Source of the DNA: Euprymna scolopes
Taxonomy: Eukaryota
DNA: 64,000 bases
Assembly: GCA_053919585.1 (NCBI GenBank)
Contig: CM132826.1
Strand: one strand, 5' to 3'
The translations under genes were made by a program, and so were the position numbers. The notes beneath the pieces were generated by a model, which saw nothing but the letters and a program-made list of their open reading frames with translations, did no database searches and was not told the DNA's origin. Positions 37,001-52,000 of this stretch are shown here, in pieces (positions within the stretch are counted from its first letter, which is position 1; each line of letters begins with the position of its first letter).

Positions 37001-40000
37001 AACTGGAAAAATCTATATATCGTTATAAAAGATTAATTTCTACTGGAAAAATCTATATATTGTAATAAATGTTGAAATTTAACTGGAAAAATCTATATAT
37101 CGTAATAAAAGATGAATTTTAACTGGAAAAATCTATATATCGTAATAAAAGTTGAAATTTAACTGGAAAAATCTATATATCGTAATGAAAGAGGAATTTT
37201 AACTGAAAAATCTATGTATCGTAATAAAAGATGAATTTAAACTGAAAAATCTATATATCGTAATAAAAGATAAATTTTAACTGGAAAAATCTATATATCG
37301 CAATAAAAGATGAAATTTAACTGGGAAAATCTATATATCGTAATAAAAGATGAATTTTAACTGAAAAATCTATATATTGTAATAAAAGATTAATTTTAAC
37401 TGAAAAATCTATATATCGTAATAAAAGATGAATTTAACTGAAAACTATATATACCGTAATAAAAGATGAATTTTAACTGGAAAAATCTATATATCGTAAT
37501 AAAAGTTGAAATTTAACTGGAAAATCTATATATCGTAATAAAAGATGAATTTTAACTGGAACAATCTATATATCGTAATAAAAGATTAATTTTCACTGGC
37601 AAAATCTATATATCGTAATAAAAGATGAATTTTAACTGAAAAATCTATATATCGTAATACAAGTTAAAATTTAACTGGAAAAATCTATATATCGTAATAA
37701 ACGATGAATTTTCACTGGGAAAATCTATATATCGTAATAAAAGTTGAAATTTAACTCGAAAAATCTATATATCGTAATAAAAGTTGAAATTTAACTGGAA
37801 AATCTATATATCGTAATAAAAGATTAATTTTAACTGGATAAATCTATATATCGTAATAAAAGTTGAAATTTAACTGGAAAAATCTATATATCGTAATAAA
37901 AGATGATTTTTAACTGGAAAAATCTATATATCGTAATAAAAGATGACTTTTAATTGGAAAAATCTATATATCGTAATAAAAGGTGAATTTTCACTGGAAA
38001 AATCTATATATCGTAATAAAAGTTGAAATTTATCTGGAAAAATCTATATATCGTTATAAAAGATGAATTTTAACTGGAAAAAACTATATATCGTAATAAA
38101 TGTTGAAATTTAACTGGAAAAATCTATATATCGTAATAAAAGATGAATTTTAACTGGAAAAATCTATATATCGTAATAAAAGTTGAAATTTAACTGGCAA
38201 AATCTATATATCGAAATAAAAGAGGAATTTTAACTGAAACATCTATGTATCGTAATAAAAGATGAATTTAAACTGAAAAATCTATATATCGTAATAAAAG
38301 ATGAATTTTAACTGGAAAAATCTATATATCGCAATAAAAGATGACATTTAACTGGGAAAATCTATATATCGTAATAAAAGATTAATTTTAACTGAAAAAT
38401 CTAAATATAATAATAAAAGATTAATTTTAACTGAAAAATCTATACATCGTAATAAAAGATGCATTTTAAATGGAAAAATCTATATATCGCAATAAAAGAA
38501 TTATTTTAACTGAAAAATCTATATATCGTAATAAAAGATGAATTTTAACTGGAAAAATCTATATATCGTAATAAAAGATGAATTTTAACTGAAAAATCTA
38601 TATATCGTAATAAAAGATGAATTTTAACTGGAAAAATCTATATATCGTAACAAAAGATGAATTTTAACTGGAAAAATCTATATATCGTAATAAAAGTTGA
38701 ATTTTAACTGGAAAAATCTATATCGTAATAAAAGATGAATTTTACTGAAAACTCTATATACCGTAATAAAAGATGAATTTTAACTGGAAAAATCTATATA
38801 TCGTAATAAAAGTTGAAATTTAACTGGAAAAATCTATATATCGTAATAAAAGATTAATTTTAACTGAAAAATCTACATATCGTAATAAAAGATGAATTTT
38901 AACTGAAAAATCTATACATCGTAATAAAAGATGCATTTTAAATGGAAAAATCTATATATCGCAATAAAAGAATTATTTTAACTGAAAAATCTATATATCG
39001 TAATAAAAGATGAATTTTAACTGGAAAAATCTATATATCGTAATAAAAGATGAATTTTAACTGAAAAATCTATATATCGTAATAAAAGATGAATTTTAAC
39101 TGGAAAAATCTATATATCGTAACAAAAGATGAATTTTAACTGGAAAAATCTATATATCGTAATAAAAGATTAATTTTAACTGGAAAAATCTATATATCGT
39201 AATAAAAGAGGAATTTTACTGAAAACTCTATATACCGTAATAAAAGATGAATTTTAACTGGAAAAATCTATATATCGTAATAAAAGTTGAAATTTAACTG
39301 GAAAAATCTATATATCGTAATAAAAGGTGAATTTTAACTGGAACAATCTATATATCGTAATAAAAGATGAATTCTAACTGGAAAAATCTATATATAGTAA
39401 TAAAAGATGACTTTTAACTGAAAAATCTATATATCGTAATACAAGTTAAATTTAACTGGAAAAATCTATATATCGTAATAAACAATGAATTTTCACTGGG
39501 AAAATCTATATATCGTAATAAAAGTTGAAATTTAACTGGAAAATTCTATATATCGTAATAAAAGATGAAATTTTACTGGAAAAATCTATATATCGTAATA
39601 AAAGATTAATTTTAACTGGAAAAATCTATATATCGTAATAAAAGTTGAAATTTAACTGGAAAAATCTATATATCGTAATAAAAGATGAATTTTAACTGGA
39701 AAAAACTATATATCGTATTAAAAGATGAATTTTAACTGGAAAAATCTATATATCGTAATAAAAGATTAATTTTAACTGGAAAAATCTATATATCGTAATA
39801 AAAGTTGAAATTTAACTGGAAAAATCTATATATCGTAATAAAAGATTAATTTTAACTAGAAAAATCTATATATCGTAATAAAAGTTGAAATTTAACTGGA
39901 AAAATCTATATATCGTAATAAAAGTTGAAATTTAACTGGAAAATCTATATATCGTAATAAAAGATTAATTTTAACTGGAAAAATCTATATATCGTAATAA

Positions 40001-43000
40001 AAGATGAATTTTAACTGGAAAAATCTATATATCGTAATAAAAGATTAATTTTAACTGGAAAAATCTTTATATCGTAATAAAAGATGAATTTTAACTGAAA
40101 AATCTATATATCGTAATAAAAGATGAATTTTAACTGGAAAAATCTATATATCGTAATAAAAGATTAATTTTTACTGAAAAATCAATATATCGTAATAAAA
40201 GATTAATTTTAACTGAAAATCTATATATCGTAATAAACGATGAATTTTTACTGGAAAAATCTATATATCGCAATAAAAGATCAATTTTAACTGAAAAATC
40301 TATATATCGTAATAAAAGATGAATTTTAACTGGAAAAATCTATATATCGTAATACAAGATGAATTTTAACTGAAAAATCTATATATCGTAATAAAAGATG
40401 AATTTTAACTGGAAAAATCTATATATCGTAATAAAAGATTAATTTTAACTGGAAAAATCTATATATCGTAATAAAAGATGAATTTAACTGAAAACTCTAT
40501 ATACCGTAATAAAAGATGAATTTTTACTGGAACAATCTATATATCGTAATAAAAGATGAATTTTAACTGGAAAAATCTATATATCGTAATAAAAGATGAA
40601 TTTTAACTGAAAAATCTATATATCGTAATAAAAGTTAAAATTTAACTGGAAAAATCTATATATCGTAATAAACGATGAATTTTCACTGGGAAAATCTATA
40701 TATCGTAACAAAAGTTGAAATTTAACTGGAAAAATCTATATATCGTAATAAAAGTTGAAATTTAACTGGAAAAATCTATATATCGTAATAAAAGATTAAT
40801 TTTAACTGGAAAAATCTATATATCGTAATAAAAGTTGCAATTTAACTGGAAAAATCTATATATCGTAATAAAAGATGAATTTTAACTGGAAAAAACTATA
40901 TATCGTAATAAAAGATGACTTTTAACTGGAAAAATCTATATATCGTAATAAAAGATGAATTTAAACTGGAAAAATCTATATATCGTAATAAAAGTTGAAA
41001 TTTAACTGGAAAAATCTATATATCGTTATAAAAGATTAATTTCTACTGGAAAAATCTATATATTGTAATAAATGTTGAAATTTAACTGGAAAAATCTATA
41101 TATCGTAATAAAAGATGAATTTTAACTGGAAAAATCTATATATCGTAATAAAAGTTGAAATTTAACTGGAAAAATCTATATATCGTAATGAAAGAGGAAT
41201 TTTAACTGAAAAATCTATGTATCGTAATAAAAGATGAATTTAAACTGAAAAATCTATATATCGTAATAAAAGATAAATTTTAACTGGAAAAATCTATATA
41301 TCGCAATAAAAGATGAAATTTAACTGGGAAAATCTATATATCGTAATAAAAGATGAATTTTAACTGAAAAATCTATATATCGTAATAAAAGATTAATTTT
41401 AACTGAAAAATCTATATATCGTAATAAAAGATGAATTTAACTGAAAACTATATATACCGTAATAAAAGATGAATTTTAACTGGAAAAATCTATATATCGT
41501 AATAAAAGTTGAAATTTAACTGGAAAATCTATATATCGTTATAAAAGATGAATTTTAACTGGAACAATCTATATATCGTAATAAAAGATTAATTTTCACT
41601 GGCAAAATCTATATATCGTAATAAAAGATGAATTTTAACTGAAAAATCTATATATCGTAATACAAGTTAAAATTTAACTGGAAAAATCTATATATCGTAA
41701 TAAACGATGAATTTTCACTGGGAAAATCTATATATCGTAATAAAAGTTGAAATTTAACTCGAAAAATCTATATATCGTAATAAAAGTTGAAATTTAACTG
41801 GAAAATCTATATATCGTAATAAAAGATTAATTTTAACTGGATAAATCTATATATCGTAATAAAAGTTGAAATTTAACTGGAAAAATCTATATATCGTAAT
41901 AAAAGATGATTTTTAACTGGAAAAATCTATATATCGTAATAAAAGATGACTTTTAATTGGAAAAATCTATATATCGTAATAAAAGGTGAATTTTCACTGG
42001 AAAAATCTATATATCGTAATAAAAGTTGAAATTTATCTGGAAAAATCTATATATCGTTATAAAAGATGAATTTTAACTGGAAAAAACTATATATCGTAAT
42101 AAATGTTGAAATTTAACTGGAAAAATCTATATATCGTAATAAAAGATGAATTTTAACTGGAAAAATCTATATATCGTAATAAAAGTTGAAATTTAACTGG
42201 CAAAATCTATATATCGAAATAAAAGAGGAATTTTAACTGAAACATCTATGTATCGTAATAAAAGATGAATTTAAACTGAAAAATCTATATATCGTAATAA
42301 AAGATGAATTTTAACTGGAAAAATCTATATATCGCAATAAAAGATGACATTTAACTGGGAAAATCTATATATCGTAATAAAAGATTAATTTTAACTGAAA
42401 AATCTAAATATAATAATAAAAGATTAATTTTAACTGAAAAATCTATACATCGTAATAAAAGATGCATTTTAAATGGAAAAATCTATATATCGCAATAAAA
42501 GAATTATTTTAACTGAAAAATCTATATATCGTAATAAAAGATGAATTTTAACTGGAAAAATCTATATATCGTAATAAAAGATGAATTTTAACTGAAAAAT
42601 CTATATATCGTAATAAAAGATGAATTTTAACTGGAAAAATCTATATATCGTAACAAAAGATGAATTTTAACTGGAAAAATCTATATATCGTAATAAAAGT
42701 TGAATTTTAACTGGAAAAATCTATATCGTAATAAAAGATGAATTTTACTGAAAACTCTATATACCGTAATAAAAGATGAATTTTAACTGGAAAAATCTAT
42801 ATATCGTAATAAAAGTTGAAATTTAACTGGAAAAATCTATATATCGTAATAAAAGATTAATTTTAACTGAAAAATCTACATATCGTAATAAAAGATGAAT
42901 TTTAACTGAAAAATCTATACATCGTAATAAAAGATGCATTTTAAATGGAAAAATCTATATATCGCAATAAAAGAATTATTTTAACTGAAAAATCTATATA

Positions 43001-46000
43001 TCGTAATAAAAGATGAATTTTAACTGGAAAAATCTATATATCGTAATAAAAGATGAATTTTAACTGAAAAATCTATATATCGTAATAAAAGATGAATTTT
43101 AACTGGAAAAATCTATATATCGTAACAAAAGATGAATTTTAACTGGAAAAATCTATATATCGTAATAAAAGATTAATTTTAACTGGAAAAATCTATATAT
43201 CGTAATAAAAGAGGAATTTTACTGAAAACTCTATATACCGTAATAAAAGATGAATTTTAACTGGAAAAATCTATATATCGTAATAAAAGTTGAAATTTAA
43301 CTGGAAAAATCTATATATCGTAATAAAAGATGAATTTTAACTGGAACAATCTATATATCGTAATAAAAGATGAATTCTAACTGGAAAAATCTATATATAG
43401 TAATAAAAGATGACTTTTAACTGAAAAATCTATATATCGTAATACAAGTTAAATTTAACTGGAAAAATCTATATATCGTAATAAACAATGAATTTTCACT
43501 GGGAAAATCTATATATCGTAATAAAAGTTGAAATTTAACTGGAAAATTCTATATATCGTAATAAAAGATGAAATTTTACTGGAAAAATCTATATATCGTA
43601 ATAAAAGATTAATTTTTACTGGAAAAATCTATATATCGTAATAAAAGTTGAAATTTAACTGGAAAAATCTATATATCGTAATAAAAGATGAATTTTAACT
43701 GGAAAAAACTATATATCGTATTAAAAGATGAATTTTAACTGGAAAAATCTATATATCGTAATAAAAGATTAATTTTAACTGGAAAAATCTATATATCGTA
43801 ATAAAAGTTGAAATTTAACTGGAAAAATCTATATATCGTAATAAAAGATTAATTTTAACTAGAAAAATCTATATATCGTAATAAAAGTTGAAATTTAACT
43901 GGAAAAATCTATATATCGTAATAAAAGTTGAAATTTAACTGGAAAATCTATATATCGTAATAAAAGATTAATTTTAACTGGAAAAATCTATATATCGTAA
44001 TAAAAGTTGAAATTTAACTGGAAAAATCTATATATCGTAATAAAAGATGAATTTTAACTGGAAAAATCTATATATCGTAATAAAAGATGACTTTTAATTG
44101 GAAAAATCTATATATCGTAATAAAAGGTGAATTTTCACTGGAAAAATCTATATATCGTAATAAAAGTTGAAATTTATCTGGAAAAATCTATATATCGTTA
44201 TAAAAGATGAATTTTAACTGGAAAAAACTATATATCGTAATACATGTTGAAATTTAACTGGAAAAATCTATATATCGTAATAAAAGATGAATTTTAACTG
44301 GAAAAATCTATATATCGTAATAAAAGTTGAAATTTAACTGGCAAAATCTATATATCGAAATAAAAGAGGAATTTTAACTGAAACATCTATGTATCGTAAT
44401 AAAAGATGAATTTAAACTGAAAAATCTATATATCGTAATAAAAGATGAATTTTAACTGGAAAAATCTATATATCGCAATAAAAGATGACATTTAACTGGG
44501 AAAATCTATATATCGTAATAAAAGATTAATTTTAACTGAAAAATCTAAATATAATAATAAAAGATTAATTTTAACTGAAAAATCTATACATCGTAATAAA
44601 AGATGCATTTTAAATGGAAAAATCTATATATCGCAATAAAAGAATTATTTTAACTGAAAAATCTATATATCGTAATAAAAGATGAATTTTAACTGGAAAA
44701 ATCTATATATCGTAATAAAAGATGAATTTTAACTGAAAAATCTATATATCGTAATAAAAGATGAATTTTAACTGGAAAAATCTATATATCGTAACAAAAG
44801 ATTAATTTTAACTGGAAAAATCTATATATCGTAATAAAAGTTGAATTTTAACTGGAAAAATCTATATATCGTAATAAAAGATGAATTTTACTGAAAACTC
44901 TATATACCGTAATAAAAGATGAATTTTAACTGGAAAAATCTATATATCGTAATAAAAGTTGAAATTTAACTGGAAAAATCTATATATCGTAATAAAAGAT
45001 GAATTTTAACTGGAACAATCAATATATCGTTATAAAAGATGAATTCTAACTGGAAAAATCTATATATAGTAATAAAAGATGAATTTTAACTGAAAAATCT
45101 ATATATCGTAATACAAGTTAAAATTTAACTGGAAAAATCTATATATCGTAATAAACAATGAATTTTCACTGGGAAAATCTATATATCGTAATAAAAGTTG
45201 AAATTTAACTGGAAAAATCTATATATCGTAATAAAAGTTGAAATTTTACTGGAAAAATCTATATATCGTAATAAAAGATTAATTTTAACTGGAAAAATCT
45301 ATATATCGTAATAAAAGTTGAAATTTAACTGGAAAAATCTATATATCGTAATAAAAGATGAATTTTAACTGGAAAAAACTATATATCGTAATAAAAGATG
45401 AATTTTAACTGGAAAAATCTATATATCGTAATAAAAGATTAATTTTAACTGGAAAAATCTATATATCGTAATAAAAGTTGAAATTTAAATGGAAAAATCT
45501 ATATATCGTAATAAAAGATTAATTTTAACTAGAAAAATCTATATATCGTAATAAAAGTTGAAATTTAACTGGAAAAATCTATATATCGTAATAAAAGATG
45601 AATTTTAATTGGAAAAATCTATATATCGTAATAAAAGAGGAATTTTACTGAAAACTCTATATACCGTAATAAAAGATGAATTTTAACTGGAAAAATCTAT
45701 ATATCGTAATAAAAGTTGAAATTTAACTGGAAAAATCTATATATCGTAATAAAAGATGAATTTTAACTGGAACAATCAATATATCGTAATAAAAGATGAA
45801 TTCTAACTGGAAAAATCTATATATAGTAATAAAAGATGACTTTTAACTGAAAAATCTATATATCGTAATAAAAGTTGAAATTTATCTGGAAAAATCTATA
45901 TATCGTTATAAAAGATGAATTTTAACTGGAAAAAACTATATATCGTAATAAATGTTGAAATTTAACTGGAAAAATCTATATATCGTAATAAAAGATGAAT

Positions 46001-49000
46001 TTTAACTGGAAAAATCTATATATCGTAATAAAAGTTGAAATTTAACTGGAAAAATCTATATATCGAAATAAAAGAGGAATTTTAACTGAAACATCTATGT
46101 ATCGTAATAAAAGATGAATTTAAACTGAAAAATCTATATATCGTAATAAAAGATGAATTTTAACTGGAAAAATCTATATATCGCAATAAAAGATGACATT
46201 TAACTGGGAAAATCTATATATCGTAATAAAAGATTAATTTTAACTGAAAAATCTAAATATAATAATAAAAGATTAATTTTAACTGAAAAATCTATACATC
46301 GTAATAAAAGATGCATTTTAAATGGAAAAATCTATATATCGCAATAAAAGAATTATTTTAACTGAAAAATCTATATATCGTAATAAAAGATGAATTTTAA
46401 CTGGAAAAATCTATATATCGTAATAAAAGATGAATTTTAACTGAAAAATCTATATATCGTAATAAAAGATGAATTTTAACTGGAAAAATCTATATATCGT
46501 AACAAAAGATTAATTTTAACTGGAAAAATCTATATATCGTAATAAAAGTTGAATTTTAACTGGAAAAATCTATATATCGTAATAAAAGATGAATTTTACT
46601 GAAAACTCTATATACCGTAATAAAAGATGAATTTTAACTGGAAAAATCTATATATCGTAATAAAAGTTGAAATTTAACTGGAAAAATCTATATATCGTAA
46701 TAAAAGATTAATTTTAACTGAAAAATCTACATATCGTAATAAAAGATGAATTTTAACTGAAAAATCTATACATCGTAATAAAAGATGCATTTTAAATGGA
46801 AAAATCTATATATCGCAATAAAAGAATTATTTTAACTGAAAAATCTATATATCGTAATAAAAGATGAATTTTAACTGGAAAAATCTATATATCGTAATAA
46901 AAGATGAATTTTAACTGAAAAATCTATATATCGTAATAAAAGATGAATTTTAACTGGAAAAATCTATATATCGTAACAAAAGATTAATTTTAACTGGAAA
47001 AATCTATATATCGTAATAAAAGTTGAATTTTAACTGGAAAAATCTATATATCGTAATAAAAGAGGAATTTTACTGAAAACTCTATATACCGTAATAAAAG
47101 ATGAATTTTAACTGGAAAAATCTATATATCGTAATAAAAGTTGAAATTTAACTGGAAAAATCTATATATCGTAATAAAAGATGAATTTTAACTGGAACAA
47201 TCTATATATCGTAATAAAAGATGAATTCTAACTGGAAAAATCTATATATAGTAATAAAAGATGACTTTTAACTGAAAAATCTATATATCGTAATACAAGT
47301 TAAATTTAACTGGAAAAATCTATATATCGTAATAAACAATGAATTTTCACTGGGAAAATCTATATATCGTAATAAAAGTTGAAATTTAACTGGAAAATTC
47401 TATATATCGTAATAAAAGTTGAAATTTTACTGGAAAAATCTATATATCGTAATAAAAGATTAATTTTAACTGGAAAAATCTATATATCGTAATAAAAGTT
47501 GAAAATTAACTGGAAAAATCTATATATCGTAAAAAAAGATGAATTTTAACTGGAAAAAACTATATATCGTAATAAAAGATGAATTTTAACTGGAAAAATC
47601 TATATATCGTAATAAAAGATTAATTTTAACTGAAAAAATCTATATATCGTAATAAAAGTTGAAATTTAACTGGAAAAATCTATATATCGTAATAAAAGAT
47701 TAATTTTAACTAGAAAAATCTATATATCGTAATAAAAGTTGAAATTTAACTGGAAAAATCTATATATCGTAATAAAAGTTGAAATTTAACTGGAAAATCT
47801 ATATATCGTAATAAAAGATTAATTTTAACTGGAAAAATCTATATATCGTAATAAAAGTTGAAATTTAACTGGAAAAATCTATATATCGTAATAAAAGATG
47901 AATTTTAACTGGAAAAATCTATATATCGTAATAAAAGATGACTTTTAATTGGAAAAATCTATATATCGTAATAAAAGGTGAATTTTCACTGGAAAAATCT
48001 ATATATCGTAATAAAAGTTGAAATTTATCTGGAAAAATCTATATATCGTTATAAAAGATGAATTTTAACTGGAAAAAACTATATATCGTAATAAATGTTG
48101 AAATTTAACTGGAAAAATCTATATATCGAAATAAAAGAGGAATTTTAACTGAAACATCTATGTATCGTAATAAAAGATGAATTTAAACTGAAAAATCTAT
48201 ATATCGTAATAAAAGATGAATTTTAACTGGAAAAATCTATATATCGCAATAAAAGATGACATTTAACTGGGAAAATCTATATATCGTAATAAAAGATTAA
48301 TTTTAACTGAAAAATCTAAATATAATAATAAAAGATTAATTTTAACTGAAAAATCTATACGTCGTAATAAAAGATGCATTTTAAATGGAAAAATCTATAT
48401 ATCGCAATAAAAGAATTATTTTAACTGAAAAATCTATATATCGTAATAAAAGATGAATTTTAACTGGAAAAATCTATATATCGTAATAAAAGATGAATTT
48501 TAACTGAAAAATCTATATATCGTAATAAAAGATGAATTTTAACTGGAAAAATCTATATATCGTAACAAAAGATTAATTTTAACTGGAAAAATCTATATAT
48601 CGTAATAAAAGTTGAATTTTAACTGGAAAAATCTATATATCGTAATAAAAGATGAAGTTTACTGAAAACTCTATATACCGTAATAAAAGATGAATTTTAA
48701 CTGGAAAAATCTATATATCGTAATAAAAGTTGAAATTTAACTGGAAAAATCTATATATCGTAATAAAAGATGAATTTTAACTGGAACAATCAATATATCG
48801 TAATAAAAGATGAATTCTAACTGGAAAAATCTATATATAGTAATAAAAGATGAATTTTAACTGAAAAATCTATATATCGTAATACAAGTTAAAATTTAAC
48901 TGGAAAAATCTATATATCGTAATAAACAATGAATTTTCACTGGGAAAATCTATATATCGTAATAAAAGTTGAAATTTAACTGGAAAAATCTATATATCGT

Positions 49001-52000
49001 AATAAAAGTTGAAATTTTACTGGAAAAATCTATATATCGTAATAAAAGATTAATTTTAACTGGAAAAATCTATATATCGTAATAAAAGTTGAAATTTAAC
49101 TGGAAAAATCTATATATCGTAATAAAAGATGAATTTTAACTGGAAAAATCTATATATCGTAATAAAAGATTAATTTTAACTGGAAAAATCTATATATCGT
49201 AATAAAAGAGGAATTTTACTGAAAACTCTATATACCGTAATAAAAGATGAATTTTAACTGGAAAAATCTATATATCGTAATAAAAGTTGAAATTTAACTG
49301 GAAAAATCTATATATCGTAATAAAAGATGAATTTTAACTGGAACAATCTATATATCGTAATAAAAGATGAATTCTAACTGGAAAAATCTATATATAGTAA
49401 TAAAAGATGACTTTTAACTGAAAAATCTATATATCGTAATACAAGTTAAATTTAACTGGAAAAATCTATATATCGTAATAAACAATGAATTTTCACTGGG
49501 AAAATCTATATATCGTAATAAAAGTTGAAATTTAACTGGAAAATTCTATATATCGTAATAAAAGTTGAAATTTTACTGGAAAAATCTATATATCGTAATA
49601 AAAGATTAATTTTAACTGGAAAAATCTATATATCGTAATAAAAGTTGAAAATTAACTGGAAAAATCTATATATCGTAATAAAAGATGAATTTTAACTGGA
49701 AAAAACTATATATCGTAATAAAAGATGAATTTTAACTGGAAAAATCTATATATCGTAATAAAAGATTAATTTTAACTGGAAAAATCTATATATCGTAATA
49801 AAAGTTGAAATTTAACTGGAAAAATCTATATATCGTAATAAAAGATTAATTTTAACTAGAAAAATCTATATATCGTAATAAAAGTTGAAATTTAACTGGA
49901 AAAATCTATATATCGTAATAAAAGTTGAAATTTAACTGGAAAATCTATATATCGTAATAAAAGATTAATTTTAACTGGAAAAATCTATATATCGTAATAA
50001 AAGTTGAAATTTAACTGGAAAAATCTATATATCGTAATAAAAGATGAATTTTAATTGGAAAAATCTATATATCGTAATAAAAGATGACTTTTAATTGGAA
50101 AAATCTATATATCGTAATAAAAGGTGAATTTTCACTGGAAAAATCTATATATCGTAATAAAAGTTGAAATTTATCTGGAAAAATCTATATATCGTTATAA
50201 AAGATGAATTTTAACTGGAAAAAACTATATATCGTAATAAATGTTGAAATTTAACTGGAAAAATCTATATATCGTAATAAAAGATGAATTTTAACTGGAA
50301 AAATCTATATATCGTAATAAAAGTTGAAATTTAACTGGCAAAATCTATATATCGAAATAAAAGAGGAATTTTAACTGAAACATCTATGTATCGTAATAAA
50401 AGATGAATTTAAACTGAAAAATCTATATATCGTAATAAAAGATGAATTTTAACTGGAAAAATCTATATATCGCAATAAAAGATGACATTTAACTGGGAAA
50501 ATCTATATATCGTAATAAAAGATTAATTTTAACTGAAAAATCTAAATATAATAATAAAAGATTAATTTTAACTGAAAAATCTATACGTCGTAATAAAAGA
50601 TGCATTTTAAATGGAAAAATCTATATATCGCAATAAAAGAATTATTTTAACTGAAAAATCTATATATCGTAATAAAAGATGAATTTTAACTGGAAAAATC
50701 TATATATCGTAATAAAAGATGAATTTTAACTGAAAAATCTATATATCGTAATAAAAGATGAATTTTAACTGGAAAAATCTATATATCGTAACAAAAGATT
50801 AATTTTAACTGGAAAAATCTATATATCGTAATAAAAGTTGAATTTTAACTGGAAAAATCTATATATCGTAATAAAAGATGAATTTTACTGAAAACTCTAT
50901 ATACCGTAATAAAAGATGAATTTTAACTGGAAAAATCTATATATCGTAATAAAAGTTGAAATTTAACTGGAAAAATCTATATATCGTAATAAAAGATGAA
51001 TTTTAACTGGAACAATCAATATATCGTAATAAAAGATGAATTCTAACTGGAAAAATCTATATATAGTAATAAAAGATGAATTTTAACTGAAAAATCTATA
51101 TATCGTAATACAAGTTAAAATTTAACTGGAAAAATCTATATATCGTAATAAACAATGAATTTTCACTGGGAAAATCTATATATCGTAATAAAAGTTGAAA
51201 TTTAACTGGAAAAATCTATATATCGTAATAAAAGTTGAAATTTTACTGGAAAAATCTATATATCGTAATAAAAGATTAATTTTAACTGGAAAAATCTATA
51301 TATCGTCATAAAAGTTGAAATTTAACTGGAAAATCTATATATCGTAATAAAAGATTAATTTTAACTGGAAAAATCTATATATCGTAATAAAAGTTGAAAT
51401 TTAACTGGAAAAATCTATATATCGTAATAAAAGATGAATTTTAACTGGAAAAATCTATATATCGTAATAAAAGATGACTTTTAATTGGAAAAATCTATAT
51501 ATCGTAATAAAAGGTGAATTTTCACTGGAAAAATCTATATATCGTAATAAAAGTTGAAATTTATCTGGAAAAATCTATATATCGTTATAAAAGATGAATT
51601 TTAACTGGAAAAAACTATATATCGTAATAAATGTTGAAATTTAACTGGAAAAATCTATATATCGTAATAAAAGATGAATTTTAACTGGAAAAATCTATAT
51701 ATCGTAATAAAAGTTGAAATTTAACTGGCAAAATCTATATATCGAAATAAAAGAGGAATTTTAACTGAAACATCTATGTATCGTAATAAAAGATGAATTT
51801 AAACTGAAAAATCTATATATCGTAATAAAAGATGAATTTTAACTGGAAAAATCTATATATCGCAATAAAAGATGACATTTAACTGGGAAAATCTATATAT
51901 CGTAATAAAAGATTAATTTTAACTGAAAAATCTAAATATAATAATAAAAGATTAATTTTAACTGAAAAATCTATACGTCGTAATAAAAGATGCATTTTAA

